A stretch of 64,000 bases of DNA from a virus. The stretch lies in IMG/VR virus record IMGVR_UViG_3300042562_001235, positions 1 to 64,000 of that record; one strand, 5' to 3'. The notes under the pieces are model-generated. The model was not told where the DNA came from. It saw nothing but the letters and a program-made list of their open reading frames with translations, and did no database searches. Positions within the stretch are counted from its first letter, which is position 1. Each line of letters begins with the position of its first letter. Positions 1 to 9,307 of the stretch are shown in pieces. A program made the translations under genes and the position numbers.

Positions 1-23
1 CGGATACCACATTTAAGGTTTTG

Positions 24-95
24 TACTCTTGGAAGGAATTGAACCTTCTTTTCATTCTTATCAGGAATGTGTGCTAACCATTCTACTACAAGAGC
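24..95 (-). tRNA. tRNA-Ile (anticodon GAU)
   Basis: Reverse-complement folds as a cloverleaf: acceptor GCTCTTG/CAAGAGT, T-arm GAAGG-TTCAATT-CCTTC, anticodon loop CTGATAA. CCA is not encoded. Confidence 0.6.
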
Positions 96-172
96 AATTT
101 TACCCCACTTCACCGGGTTAATGGACCGGCTGCCATATGGGAGTGGGGGTTTCCCGTTATTTCGGGACTCCG

Positions 173-244
173 CTCTTCCGGGTGGACTCGAACCACCATA
201 AATTGATTAACAGTCAACCGTAATAACCTTTATACGACAGAAGA
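173..244 (-). tRNA. tRNA-Asn (anticodon GUU)
   Basis: T-arm GGTGG-TTCGAGT-CCACC, acceptor TCTTCTG/CGGAAGA (one GU pair), anticodon loop CTGTTAA. Confidence 0.5.
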
Positions 245-251
245 ATTTTTG

Positions 252-324
252 TGGGTCCTGTAGGAATCGAACCTACTCCTCTAGTTCTTCAGACTAGCGT
301 ACGCACCAGCTATACAAAAGACCC
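252..324 (-). tRNA. tRNA-Phe (anticodon GAA)
   Basis: Acceptor GGGTCTT/AGGACCC, T-arm GTAGG-TTCGATT-CCTAC, anticodon stem CTAGT/ACTAG with loop CTGAAGA. Confidence 0.65.
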
Positions 325-468
325 AATAATGATAATGTTGGAGTACCCATCTCGCTCCAATCTTAACTGCTTAATCGTAGTTTTACGAGGCCTCGGCAGG
401 GGGTGCAGAATTCTTGATTCTATCTTGGATTGTCGACATCCGATAGATAGAGAAAACCATTATCATAG

Positions 469-549
469 TGGGGCCGGGTGGACTCGAACCACTCCCAAAA
501 GGACGAGATTTACAGTCTCGCTGCCGTATCCGAACGACTTTCCGTCCCC
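469..549 (-). tRNA. tRNA-Tyr (anticodon GUA), class II with long variable arm
   Basis: T-arm GTGG-TTCGAGT-CCAC, anticodon stem CGAGA/TCTCG with loop CTGTAAA. The 81-nt length fits the long variable arm of bacterial Tyr tRNAs. The acceptor stem has one A-G mismatch. Confidence 0.45.
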
Positions 550-555
550 AATTTG

Positions 556-626
556 TACCTCGTAGTGGAATCGAACCACTTCCCTTTGCATGTAAAACAA
601 ATACGCTTCCGTTACGCCAACAAGGT
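556..626 (-). tRNA. tRNA-Val (anticodon UAC)
   Basis: T-arm AGTGG-TTCGATT-CCACT, acceptor ACCTTGT/ACGAGGT, anticodon loop TTTACAT. Confidence 0.5.
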
Positions 627-705
627 AATTTGTACCGAGTAATGGTGTTGAGCCATTCTAAAGTCAGATATGAGCCGTCTTTGGTCCCGGACCACTCGGT
701 GATTG

Positions 706-777
706 AGGTGATAGTAGGATTCGAACCCACGTAACAGATTTTGCAGACCTGTGCCTAAGCCACTCGGCCATATCACC
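706..777 (-). tRNA. tRNA-Cys (anticodon GCA)
   Basis: Perfect 7-bp acceptor GGTGATA/TATCACC, T-arm GTGGG-TTCGAAT-CCTAC, anticodon stem CAGGT/ATCTG with loop CTGCAAA. Confidence 0.6.
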
Positions 778-784
778 ATTTTTG

Positions 785-855
785 TTACCCCTGAGAGAAT
801 CGAACTCCCCCCGCATGGACCAAAACCATGTGTACTAACCGATATACGAAGGGGC
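785..855 (-). tRNA. tRNA-Gln (anticodon UUG)
   Basis: T-arm GGGAG-TTCGATT-CTCTC, anticodon stem CATGG/CCATG with loop TTTTGGT, acceptor TGCCCCT/AGGGGTA. Confidence 0.5.
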
Positions 856-862
856 AAAATTG

Positions 863-946
863 AGGAAGACATGGGAATCGAACCCACAACGGTGTTACCC
901 GCTACTTGTTTTCAAGACAAGCTCCTCGTCCATTCGGCCGCCTTCC
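863..946 (-). tRNA. tRNA-Ser (anticodon UGA), class II
   Basis: 84 nt, acceptor GGAAGGC/GTCTTCC, T-arm GTGGG-TTCGATT-CCCAT, anticodon stem CTTGT/ACAAG with loop CTTGAAA, long variable arm. Confidence 0.55.
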
Positions 947-1030
947 ATTTTGTTTACCAATATTTCAAATAACTTATCCTTTATTTTGACGGGACAAAGG
1001 TAATCCTTTTTTCTTTAATTTTAATTTTTT

Positions 1031-1070
1031 AACAAAAAAAAAATCCTGAACTTTTTGAGTTCAGGATTCT
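1031..1070 (-). terminator. rho-independent terminator (hairpin AATCCTGAAC/GTTCAGGATT)
   Basis: Perfect 10-bp stem flanked by an A-run on the + strand, which reads as a T-run on the minus strand. Lies downstream of the minus gene 1306..2016. Confidence 0.6.
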
Positions 1071-1305
1071 TATTATATTTTATGAGTATTTTGGTTACCC
1101 CCAAATTACGTCATTTAATAAATCATCTGAACTTGTATGCGAAATACGCGGATACGAACAATTACTAAATTGTTGGTTCCAAATCGAGACGTTCATATGT
1201 TTATTAGTGTTTTTCATTTTTCTTTTTTTTTGTGGTATTTCTACCTGTGTTCTTAATAACTATTACAAACTTACGAAAAGTTTATCAAAAGTCAAATATT
1301 TTTTT

Positions 1306-2016
1306 TTAAAAATCTATTTCAAATAAAGTGTTACTTTCACTTTCCTCTATGTTATCAGTGTGGTATAAAGTAATAGTACCATCAGTAAAGTTAAATATAA
1401 AATACCCTTCACCACCTTCATTGTTTTCCCATCCTCCAAAATTACTTGATAGTTGATTATAACAGAAATCTTCCATAGAGCCTGGTAATTGTTGATTAAT
1501 CTCATCAAAACCTCCATCCAAAGAACCGTCATCACCACCACCACTATAACGAGCGGTTAAAATCCCATCACTTGGAATTTCAGCTCCGTTGGATTCTAAT
1601 TGGTCCATCCATTCAACCATCAATTCTTTTTCATCTTCAAATTCAATTTCCCTTTCACTACCAACATCATAATATCCATAGATTTGACTTACCGTTATTG
1701 ATTTACCTGCCGCGTCAATATCAATTAAAAAATCATGATAATTTAAACCATCAATATCAGGAAAGGAATAACGACCTGATTCATCAATATAGTAAAAAAT
1801 CTTTTGTAGTATTTCAATAAATCCTGATGGTATTTCCAAACTACTATTCCAATCAAAATGAGTTACGAGTTCCCACTCAATATCTGATATTTCAGTTTTA
1901 TTATCCCAATCATTAGCTTCGATTCTAATCTCTACTTGTTTTTCTCCCATGGATTGGATATATCGGGCAACCCTCTCCAAATATTTTTTTTCTTCCGGTG
2001 TTAATATTTCATTCAT
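1306..2016 (-). CDS. hypothetical acidic protein
   Basis: 236-aa ORF, D/E-rich, followed by a terminator. Confidence 0.55.
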   Translation of the reverse strand: MNEILTPEEKKYLERVARYIQSMGEKQVEIRIEANDWDNKTEISDIEWELVTHFDWNSSLEIPSGFIEILQKIFYYIDESGRYSFPDIDGLNYHDFLIDIDAAGKSITVSQIYGYYDVGSEREIEFEDEKELMVEWMDQLESNGAEIPSDGILTARYSGGGDDGSLDGGFDEINQQLPGSMEDFCYNQLSSNFGGWENNEGGEGYFIFNFTDGTITLYHTDNIEESESNTLFEIDF

Positions 2017-2027
2017 ACTAATAAATA

Positions 2028-2375
2028 TCAGTCTTCTATTTTAAGTGTCTTTAACATCCATAATGGACGGGTTTTTTCTCTAATATTATCAACCCATTCT
2101 TTCGCAGTTGGGATGTAATTATTACAATCCTCCCTAACGTGTTGTTCCCCAATATATCGGGTATAAACGATTTTACCATCACTATTTACGAATTCCGTAC
2201 CAAATCTTTTTTCCATTTCAAAGATTCCTTCTGAGTGATGTCTCCACATTCTATGTAATGAATCGGCATACCATGATTTAGTTTCATCTAACCATTCATG
2301 TAAGTGGATATAATCTTCTGGCTTACCTCCGTATTTTTTTACGGAGGATTTTGCATGTAAATTAGGGTGTGCCAT
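2028..2375 (-). CDS. hypothetical protein
   Basis: 115-aa ORF tightly packed in an operon with the glucosaminidase gene. Confidence 0.5.
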   Translation of the reverse strand: MAHPNLHAKSSVKKYGGKPEDYIHLHEWLDETKSWYADSLHRMWRHHSEGIFEMEKRFGTEFVNSDGKIVYTRYIGEQHVREDCNNYIPTAKEWVDNIREKTRPLWMLKTLKIED

Positions 2376-2836
2376 TAATTTAAAATTTCTTGATGTTCAC
2401 TAATCACTCTCTTCAATGAGGTGATATATCTTTTGTCTGAGGCGTAAACTCTACCTAATAGAGCGAAGTACTGACTTCTTGTTAAATTACCTTTGTTTTT
2501 TAAGGTGAATTCTTGCCACAATTGGTAATCATCGATACTACTGTCCCAATCATCGTACAGTGCGTATTCTTTTTTCCCCTTATTGATAGCTGTTGTTTCC
2601 CGTTTCTTTGGAGCTCTCATACCAAACAAATTGTTTTGATTGATAAAAAGAGGGGATTTAAAGTGTCCTGACTCTAACACCGCTTGGGCGAAAACTATGT
2701 CAGGAAATTTGATGTTCTTTTGGTTTATCTGTTCGTATAATAACACATGGGTTAATGATACGGACTCTGTCTCTTTTCTCGTTGTAAATGACATTAGCAC
2801 CAACAACAAAGCGAATAAAATTGTTTTTAATTTCAT
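2375..2836 (-). CDS. secreted peptidoglycan hydrolase, N-acetylglucosaminidase (FlgJ/AcmA glucosaminidase domain)
   Basis: N-terminal signal peptide. Motif FAQAVLESGHFKS...NNLFGMRAP matches the glucosaminidase-domain consensus AQAxLESGWGxS...NNLFGIK. Confidence 0.7.
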   Translation of the reverse strand: MKLKTILFALLLVLMSFTTRKETESVSLTHVLLYEQINQKNIKFPDIVFAQAVLESGHFKSPLFINQNNLFGMRAPKKRETTAINKGKKEYALYDDWDSSIDDYQLWQEFTLKNKGNLTRSQYFALLGRVYASDKRYITSLKRVISEHQEILN

Positions 2837-3016
2837 ACTCTCTTTTTTACAGTTTATGAGTCCGGAATACTCCTCGCTCGTGACTTTAACAAGTGGATTT
2901 TGAAAAAGCCAATACGATAATTTAACACCATCGTATTGTTTAGTTATACTTAAATTTACGATAAAATTACCATAAATTCAAGACACCTCTATTCTATAAG
3001 TACCTCAAAAAACGTC

Positions 3017-3271
3017 TTAAAACCTATTTGCGATGTTTTTGATAATCATTTCCTCCTCGTTAGATAAGAATAATCGGGACCTCATTAACTTACCAACTAT
3101 CTTCACCCACTCCTCATCTAATAGGTTGTGGTGAATAGGAGATGTGACTGGTTCTCCGTCTAAATGTCCCTCCTCAAGAAGGATATCAACTAATTCTTTA
3201 ATTTCTCGACTCGAGCAATTTTCAATAAATTCTCCCGGTCCGATGTCAACGTATGTTTCAAAATTTGCCAT
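3017..3271 (-). CDS. hypothetical protein
   Basis: 84-aa ORF. Confidence 0.4.
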   Translation of the reverse strand: MANFETYVDIGPGEFIENCSSREIKELVDILLEEGHLDGEPVTSPIHHNLLDEEWVKIVGKLMRSRLFLSNEEEMIIKNIANRF

Positions 3272-3525
3272 AATAATTTAATTTATTTTTGACAAAAATA
3301 TAAAATAAAATTGATACTCCAAACTTTTTTTAAGATATTTATTAGTATGATTATGACCAATTAATAATTGGGGCTTTTGGAAATCATACAGATATGAGAA
3401 TGATGGTGTCGTAAGGCTCGGAAAAACCTTAAACCATAAACAATCAAAAAAGAAATTAATATTAAAGGGGTTCTTACCCCTTTTTTTATTGAAAAAATTT
3501 ACTAAATTTATAAAAACTTATTTAT

Positions 3526-3861
3526 ATGGAAAATTATACAAACCCTGAACCAGGGGACATGAAACAAGACGTTCAAGATTTATTGAACGCATCATTAATC
3601 TTTGCAAGAGCATTAGGTTTAATCTTTCAACAAGGAGAAGGAATTGTTGTTGATATAAAAGGAGATGTTATTTTAAAAGAAGACACAAAAAAAGTTATTG
3701 TATTTCAACATAACAATCAAATTCATATCTATAAATGTGAAGAAGATTTGGAAGAAGGAACTGCGGTTAACATGAATAATGAAGAAAATCAAGAAAATGT
3801 TGACTCTTCAGATATTGAAGTAAGCGGAGCTGAAGTTGTAACACCAACTGACGAACAATAA
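3526..3861 (+). CDS. hypothetical acidic protein
   Basis: 111-aa ORF; TATTTAT motif abuts the ATG. Confidence 0.5.
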   Translation: MENYTNPEPGDMKQDVQDLLNASLIFARALGLIFQQGEGIVVDIKGDVILKEDTKKVIVFQHNNQIHIYKCEEDLEEGTAVNMNNEENQENVDSSDIEVSGAEVVTPTDEQ

Positions 3862-3880
3862 AAAACAAACAAAAACTTAA

Positions 3881-5545
3881 ATGAGAGTATTAGGATTTTC
3901 GGTAGGACACGATAAAGGTGCGGTTATCATAGAAAATGGAAAAGTTGTGGTGGGTATCACCCAAGAAAGATTATCTAGGATAAAACACGATGGTGCATAT
4001 CAAGGGGGATTAATTCCTTTTGAATCCATAAACTATTGTTTAAATTATTTGAGTATTACTCATAGGGATATAGACTTATTTGTTTATAGTACCACTGAAA
4101 TAACCGATGATGTTGATTCTCAGTTTTTCAACAAATATATCGATTTAAAAAGGAAAAAACTTAAATTTTTACCTCACCATTTGGCCCACGCATATTCAAC
4201 GTTTTTTAGTTCAGGTTTCGAAGAATCAGCAATAATTGTTGCGGACGCATCCGGAAGTATTTTAAGCTACAAAAACAAATTACATGAATGGTATGATGTT
4301 GATAGAACTGATTTAGACCCTGAAGAAGATTGGGCCGAAGGAATTTCATTATTTCATTTTACAAAAAACGGATATAATGAAGTTTATAAAAAATGGATAA
4401 AATATCCTGTTCCTATTGACACCAATGAAGGTGTTTCTGTTGGAACTGTTTATTCAACAGGTTCATTACAATTAATCTACGAACCAAATGAAAACACTTG
4501 GCCAGCAGGTAAATTAATGGGGTTGGCGTCATATGCTGACAAAACAGTTGTTGATGAAGCTCCACAATATGTAAAAGAATTAGACGACGATATATTCATA
4601 CCAAATAATACAATCTACCCAAAAGTAACTTGGAAATCTGATTTTTTCTCAAGAGCATGTGTTGCGGGAATTTACCAAAGGGAACAAGAAAGGTCTTCTT
4701 TAATTTTAGCTAAAATCGCAAAAAATTTAACAAAATCTTCGAATGTATGTGTTGCTGGTGGGTCATTTTTAAATTGTAATTCAAATGAAGTTATTCTAAA
4801 TTCAGGATTATATGACAATTCTTATTTTTTAGCTCCGAGTGATGATAGTGGGATTCCATTAGGATGCGCTTGGTATGCATATCAACAACTTACGGATATT
4901 GTTTCATCTGAACCAATGTCCCCATATTTTGGTAAAACATATTCAAAACAAGAAATTATCACGGCAATTAATAACCACCCTGATTTAAATATTATTGAGT
5001 ATGTTGATGAAAGTGAATTAATTAAAGATGTAACCCATTGGTTAACCCAAAATAGAGTGATTGGTTGGTTTCAGGGAGGGTCAGAAATTGGTCCAAGGGC
5101 ATTAGGTAATCGTTCAATATTAGCATCACCAATTCAAAAATGGATGTCAGGTCATATTAATGGGGATATCAAACATAGAGAATGGTATCGTCCCTTTGCA
5201 CCGGCAGTTTTATTTGAACATCAATCTGAAGTCTTCGAATCAGATGTTTATTCTCCTCATATGTTGGTGACCACGTCAGTTAAAGAAGAATGGAGAGATA
5301 AAATACCTGCAGTTACTCATATTGATTATTCTGCAAGACATCAATCGGTTACCAAAGAGAATAACCCAAAATTTTATTCACTAATCAATTCGTTTTATGA
5401 TGAAACCGGTGTTCCTGTTTTACTTAACACAAGTTTTAATGGTCCACACGAACCAATTGTTGAAACTCCTGAAGAGGCAATTAAAACATTCATTTCAAAC
5501 AAACTTGACATATTAGTAATTGATAATTTTATTATAAGTAGATAA
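3881..5545 (+). CDS. carbamoyltransferase (NodU/CmcH/NovN family), paralogue 1
   Basis: N-terminal domain motif LPHHLAHAYSTFFSSGF. C-terminal Carbam_trans_C motifs GWFQGGSEIGPRALGNRSILASP, RPFAPAVL, PAVTHIDYSARHQSV and LLNTSFNGPHEPIVETPEEAI. Confidence 0.85.
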   Translation: MRVLGFSVGHDKGAVIIENGKVVVGITQERLSRIKHDGAYQGGLIPFESINYCLNYLSITHRDIDLFVYSTTEITDDVDSQFFNKYIDLKRKKLKFLPHHLAHAYSTFFSSGFEESAIIVADASGSILSYKNKLHEWYDVDRTDLDPEEDWAEGISLFHFTKNGYNEVYKKWIKYPVPIDTNEGVSVGTVYSTGSLQLIYEPNENTWPAGKLMGLASYADKTVVDEAPQYVKELDDDIFIPNNTIYPKVTWKSDFFSRACVAGIYQREQERSSLILAKIAKNLTKSSNVCVAGGSFLNCNSNEVILNSGLYDNSYFLAPSDDSGIPLGCAWYAYQQLTDIVSSEPMSPYFGKTYSKQEIITAINNHPDLNIIEYVDESELIKDVTHWLTQNRVIGWFQGGSEIGPRALGNRSILASPIQKWMSGHINGDIKHREWYRPFAPAVLFEHQSEVFESDVYSPHMLVTTSVKEEWRDKIPAVTHIDYSARHQSVTKENNPKFYSLINSFYDETGVPVLLNTSFNGPHEPIVETPEEAIKTFISNKLDILVIDNFIISR

Positions 5546-5548
5546 TTT

Positions 5549-7138
5549 ATGAGTTCAATTTATGGATTCTTTACCGGGTCACATAGTCCATCTATTGCAT
5601 TAATTAGAGACGGTAAAATAACATTTTGTATTGAGGAAGAGAGACTAACCCGAATAAAATCAGGTGATAATTACGATATTAATTGTGAATTATCATGTAT
5701 TGAGGCGGAAAAATATACAGGTCTAAAAATAACAGATGCCGATTACCGAATCTTTGCAAATCCAACACCGGACGAATTTGCCCGTAAAATTACCAACAAT
5801 AATTATGAAAAAGTTAGTCACCATACCGCACACGCATATGGTGCCTACTACACCAGTGGAATGAAAGGTAAATCAATTACTATCACATACGATGGTGGAG
5901 GGGAAAGTACCGTAATGAAAGTTTATCTGTGTGATAATGGAAAAATGACTTTAATCCAAAGTCATCCATTGGCGTCATTTGGAAGTATTTCTCATGTTTG
6001 GGGATTCAGTACATCCTCAATGAGAGGATATGACGAACATGGTGAGGGAATATGGAAAATGTGTAAAGATGAAGGTAAATTAATGGGTATGGGTCCAAAT
6101 GGTCATTACGATGAGACAATTTATAATATGTTGTCCACCGTAATTAATTATAAGGATTTTAGATTTTACCCATCCGGGTCATCAAGTAAAACTATGTTTT
6201 TAGGTGACATGATGAAATTCAATGGATATTTCGATACTCAAGAAAAAATGGAAATCTATTCATTTAATTTACAAAAACGAACAGAAGACCTATTCCTAAA
6301 ATTTATTGACGACTTACATAATTTATATCCTGAATATAAGCAATTATGCTTATCCGGAGGACTATTTGCCAATGTTAAATTAAATCAAAAACTCAACGAA
6401 TTAGAATGGGTTGACGAAATTTATATTTACCCACCAATGGGTGATGAAGGGTTGTCATTAGGAGCTTGTATCTATAAAGCAGTAAAATTGGGTGAGATTA
6501 CAGAACCAATTGAACTAACTAATGTTTATTTTGGAAAGTCATACAATAATGATGAAATACAGGAAATCTCAAAAGATTATAGTTTTAAGAGAGAACCATA
6601 TAATCCGAAAGATATCGCAAATTATATCAATCAAGGAGGAATCGTTGGATGGTTTCAAAATGGTTCCGAATTTGGTCCAAGGTCTTTAGGGGCTCGAAGT
6701 ATTTTAGTTAGACCAACTGAAATCTCAACACATAGACTACTAAATCAAAGATTAAATCGATATGATACAATGCCATTTGCCCCAATTATATTAGAAGAAT
6801 CCTTTGACAATATTTTTACACCATCAAAGTCAAAATACACATCTGAGTTTATGACATTATGTTACAATACAAAAGATGAGTGGATTGATAAGATACCTGC
6901 AGTTATACAAAAGTCAGATAAAACGGCCAGACCACAAATAGTTAAAAGGTCTAAAACACCTAAATTTTGGGAAATATTAAATGAATATTATATGTTATCA
7001 GGAATACCATTATTATTGAACACTTCATTTAATTCTCACAATCAACCAATCATTGAAAACCCTGAGCAAGCATTTGAGTCATTAAAACTTGGGGTTATCG
7101 ATAAACTAATAATTGAAGATTATGTTTATTTCTCTTAA
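5549..7138 (+). CDS. carbamoyltransferase (NodU/CmcH family), paralogue 2
   Basis: HHTAHAYGAYYTSG, GWFQNGSEFGPRSLGARSILVRP, MPFAPIIL and LLNTSFNSHNQPIIENPEQAFE. Shares the same domain order as the upstream gene but has diverged from it. Confidence 0.85.
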   Translation: MSSIYGFFTGSHSPSIALIRDGKITFCIEEERLTRIKSGDNYDINCELSCIEAEKYTGLKITDADYRIFANPTPDEFARKITNNNYEKVSHHTAHAYGAYYTSGMKGKSITITYDGGGESTVMKVYLCDNGKMTLIQSHPLASFGSISHVWGFSTSSMRGYDEHGEGIWKMCKDEGKLMGMGPNGHYDETIYNMLSTVINYKDFRFYPSGSSSKTMFLGDMMKFNGYFDTQEKMEIYSFNLQKRTEDLFLKFIDDLHNLYPEYKQLCLSGGLFANVKLNQKLNELEWVDEIYIYPPMGDEGLSLGACIYKAVKLGEITEPIELTNVYFGKSYNNDEIQEISKDYSFKREPYNPKDIANYINQGGIVGWFQNGSEFGPRSLGARSILVRPTEISTHRLLNQRLNRYDTMPFAPIILEESFDNIFTPSKSKYTSEFMTLCYNTKDEWIDKIPAVIQKSDKTARPQIVKRSKTPKFWEILNEYYMLSGIPLLLNTSFNSHNQPIIENPEQAFESLKLGVIDKLIIEDYVYFS

Positions 7139-7154
7139 CGAAGAAAAAATTGTG

Positions 7155-7751
7155 ATGAATTTTACACCATCACCTTATTTACGAATATCAGGTCCCGATG
7201 AACTTTATTACGTTGAGTTGAGGGAATACCTAAAAAATGATGACCAATCTCTTTACGTTGAAGGTCGTAGAATATCCGGTAATGGTGGTGAGTTTCATAT
7301 CCCAATCGAATTTTATTTTGATTTTGAAATCTCTGTTTCAAAATATATCCCCAATTTTGGTTTAAAAAAAATATTTACTCACCGTTTTAACGATTACGGA
7401 AAACAAGTATTGTTTAATTTGAAGACTAACAATTATGATGAATGTCTATTGTGGGTGTCTCGGGTGGAGGAATATCAAAAAATACATGGATGTAAAATTT
7501 TTTTAAATACCAATTTTGACGATATAAATATCAAGTATCCATCATACTATCAAGTAGATGGTATAGATTATTATAAGTCATATAATATCGGTAGATTTCC
7601 TAAAAATAGTAATGATTGGAGAACAATTGACCCAAGACAAGAAGGGGTTATTTGGTACGGAAATTGGAAAACATTTTGGTCATATCAACATCCGAGATTA
7701 TACTCCAACTTATCAAGTGAGGAAATTATTGATGATATTTTGGCACTTTAA
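7155..7751 (+). CDS. hypothetical protein
   Basis: ORF 7113..7751 trimmed to the internal ATG at 7155 (MNFTPSP) to remove a 26-nt overlap with the upstream gene. Confidence 0.45.
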   Translation: MNFTPSPYLRISGPDELYYVELREYLKNDDQSLYVEGRRISGNGGEFHIPIEFYFDFEISVSKYIPNFGLKKIFTHRFNDYGKQVLFNLKTNNYDECLLWVSRVEEYQKIHGCKIFLNTNFDDINIKYPSYYQVDGIDYYKSYNIGRFPKNSNDWRTIDPRQEGVIWYGNWKTFWSYQHPRLYSNLSSEEIIDDILAL

Positions 7752-7786
7752 TTATTTTTGTATATCTTTGTTGAAAATTAAAACAT

Positions 7787-8533
7787 ATGATGAACGTAGG
7801 ACAAGAATTTCAAAGTTATTACACAAAACATTTAGGTAAACCATCTTTGGATTTACACAACTTCAACAACCACATTCAAAATTCAATGACTCCATACATT
7901 TTGGAAGAAAGAGAAATGAGAGTAACCCAAATGGATATTTTCTCTCGTTTAATGATGGATAGAATATTATGGGCTTCAGGTCCGGTTGATGACAGAATGG
8001 GTGATATCATCCAATCACAACTTATTTTCTTAGACAACTTGGATAAGAAAAAAGATATTAATTTATATCTACAAACTCCGGGTGGGAGTGTTTTAAGTGG
8101 ATTAGGTATTAGAGACACTATGAACTTTATTAATGCCGATGTAGCAACCACAAATATTGGTATGTGTGCGTCAATGGGTTCCGTATTACTTTCTTCGGGA
8201 GCTAAAGGTAAAAGGTCTTCATTAATATTTTCTAAAGTAATGACACACATGGTTTCTCACGGAACACAAGGTAATGTTCAAGACACAAGAATTAATCAAC
8301 TTGAGGCCGAAAAATACAATTATTTATTATTCAAAATATTGGCAGAGAATTGTGGTAAGACATTTGAAGAAATGTTAGAATCATCAAGAAATGATAAATG
8401 GTTCAATTCTGATGAAGCATTACAATTTGGTCTAATTGATAAAATTGTTGGTGTGGAGAAAAATCAATCAATGTCAGATATGATGGTTGGATTTGACGAT
8501 TATTATGAAAAAGAAATTCTTAAAAGAAAATAA
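7787..8533 (+). CDS. ClpP-family serine protease (S14), candidate prohead/processing protease
   Basis: [23 protein letters not shown] versus ClpP [40 protein letters not shown] gives the catalytic Ser context. [14 protein letters not shown] supplies the catalytic His. About 40 aa of N-terminal extension. Confidence 0.8.
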   Translation: [248 protein letters not shown]

Positions 8534-8555
8534 GAATTGTTATTAAATGAAAAAA

Positions 8556-8583
8556 GAAGGTATTACTACCTTCTTTTTTTTTT
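8556..8583 (+). terminator. rho-independent terminator (GAAGGTA...TACCTTC plus T10)
   Basis: Stem-loop followed by a run of 10 T just after the ClpP stop. Confidence 0.65.
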
Positions 8584-8646
8584 AGATAAGATAAACACCC
8601 CCCTTGTTTTAAAAATCTAATTTATATAATAGAGTTTTTAATTCTA

Positions 8647-9300
8647 TTATGCTGCAACTTCAGGTTTTAATTTTTCATAAACATTTGAAGCTTTTTTATT
8701 AAAATTGTTGTACACTCCACAGACAGTATCTTCTAATTTGTCTTGTAATTCAATCACAACTTTAGTATCTTGAATCGCACCTAATAATGTATTTCTTAAT
8801 ATTGTATATCCGGTACCTTGCATACCTTGTTGTTCTTGTACCATCATAACTAATGCCTCAACTAATGCTTCAGAAACTAACGCAGTTAATTCGTTACAAC
8901 TTTTTAAGGCCTTTGCAAGTCTCCTTGGGTCTTTAAGTATAAAGGACATTAAAGCATTTTTAAAAAACCCTGACAATCCAAGTCCTCCTAAAATTGAATT
9001 AACCAATGGTTCAATTGCCGCTTGAAGAATACCACTTAAACTATTTCCGAACATCTTACCCAAGAAATCCATTAATTGTTCATTCAAAATATTGTTTTCG
9101 TCTAAAAATCTAATTTCCTCAATTAAATTTTTAGCGATTTTCATCTTTTTACCTTCAGGTAAAAATTCAAAATTATCAATAACTTCTTTAGACTCAATTA
9201 TTGTAAAAATTCTAGTTTTAACTAAATTTTCTTCAATTAAAATTTTTTCTTTTTGTTCTTTAGTCTCTTTAATTACCTTTTTTATTTTTTTCTCAATCAT
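8647..9300 (-). CDS. hypothetical protein
   Basis: 217-aa ORF, first of a five-gene minus-strand operon (8647-13656). Confidence 0.5.
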   Translation of the reverse strand: MIEKKIKKVIKETKEQKEKILIEENLVKTRIFTIIESKEVIDNFEFLPEGKKMKIAKNLIEEIRFLDENNILNEQLMDFLGKMFGNSLSGILQAAIEPLVNSILGGLGLSGFFKNALMSFILKDPRRLAKALKSCNELTALVSEALVEALVMMVQEQQGMQGTGYTILRNTLLGAIQDTKVVIELQDKLEDTVCGVYNNFNKKASNVYEKLKPEVAA

Positions 9301-9307
9301 TACTTAA

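Noticed and set aside
251-972. Five ORFs (251..565, 383..730, 468..734, 612..887, 751..972) in the first kb
   Set aside because: They overlap the tRNA array on both strands. They translate GC-rich tRNA stems (Gly/Pro/Arg-rich nonsense) and are artefacts.
3465-3490. Hairpin AAGGGG-TTCTTA-CCCCTT plus T7 as a + strand terminator
   Set aside because: Good terminator structure, but no upstream + strand gene in view (nearest genes are minus strand). It may terminate an unannotated small transcript, so it is left out of the feature list.
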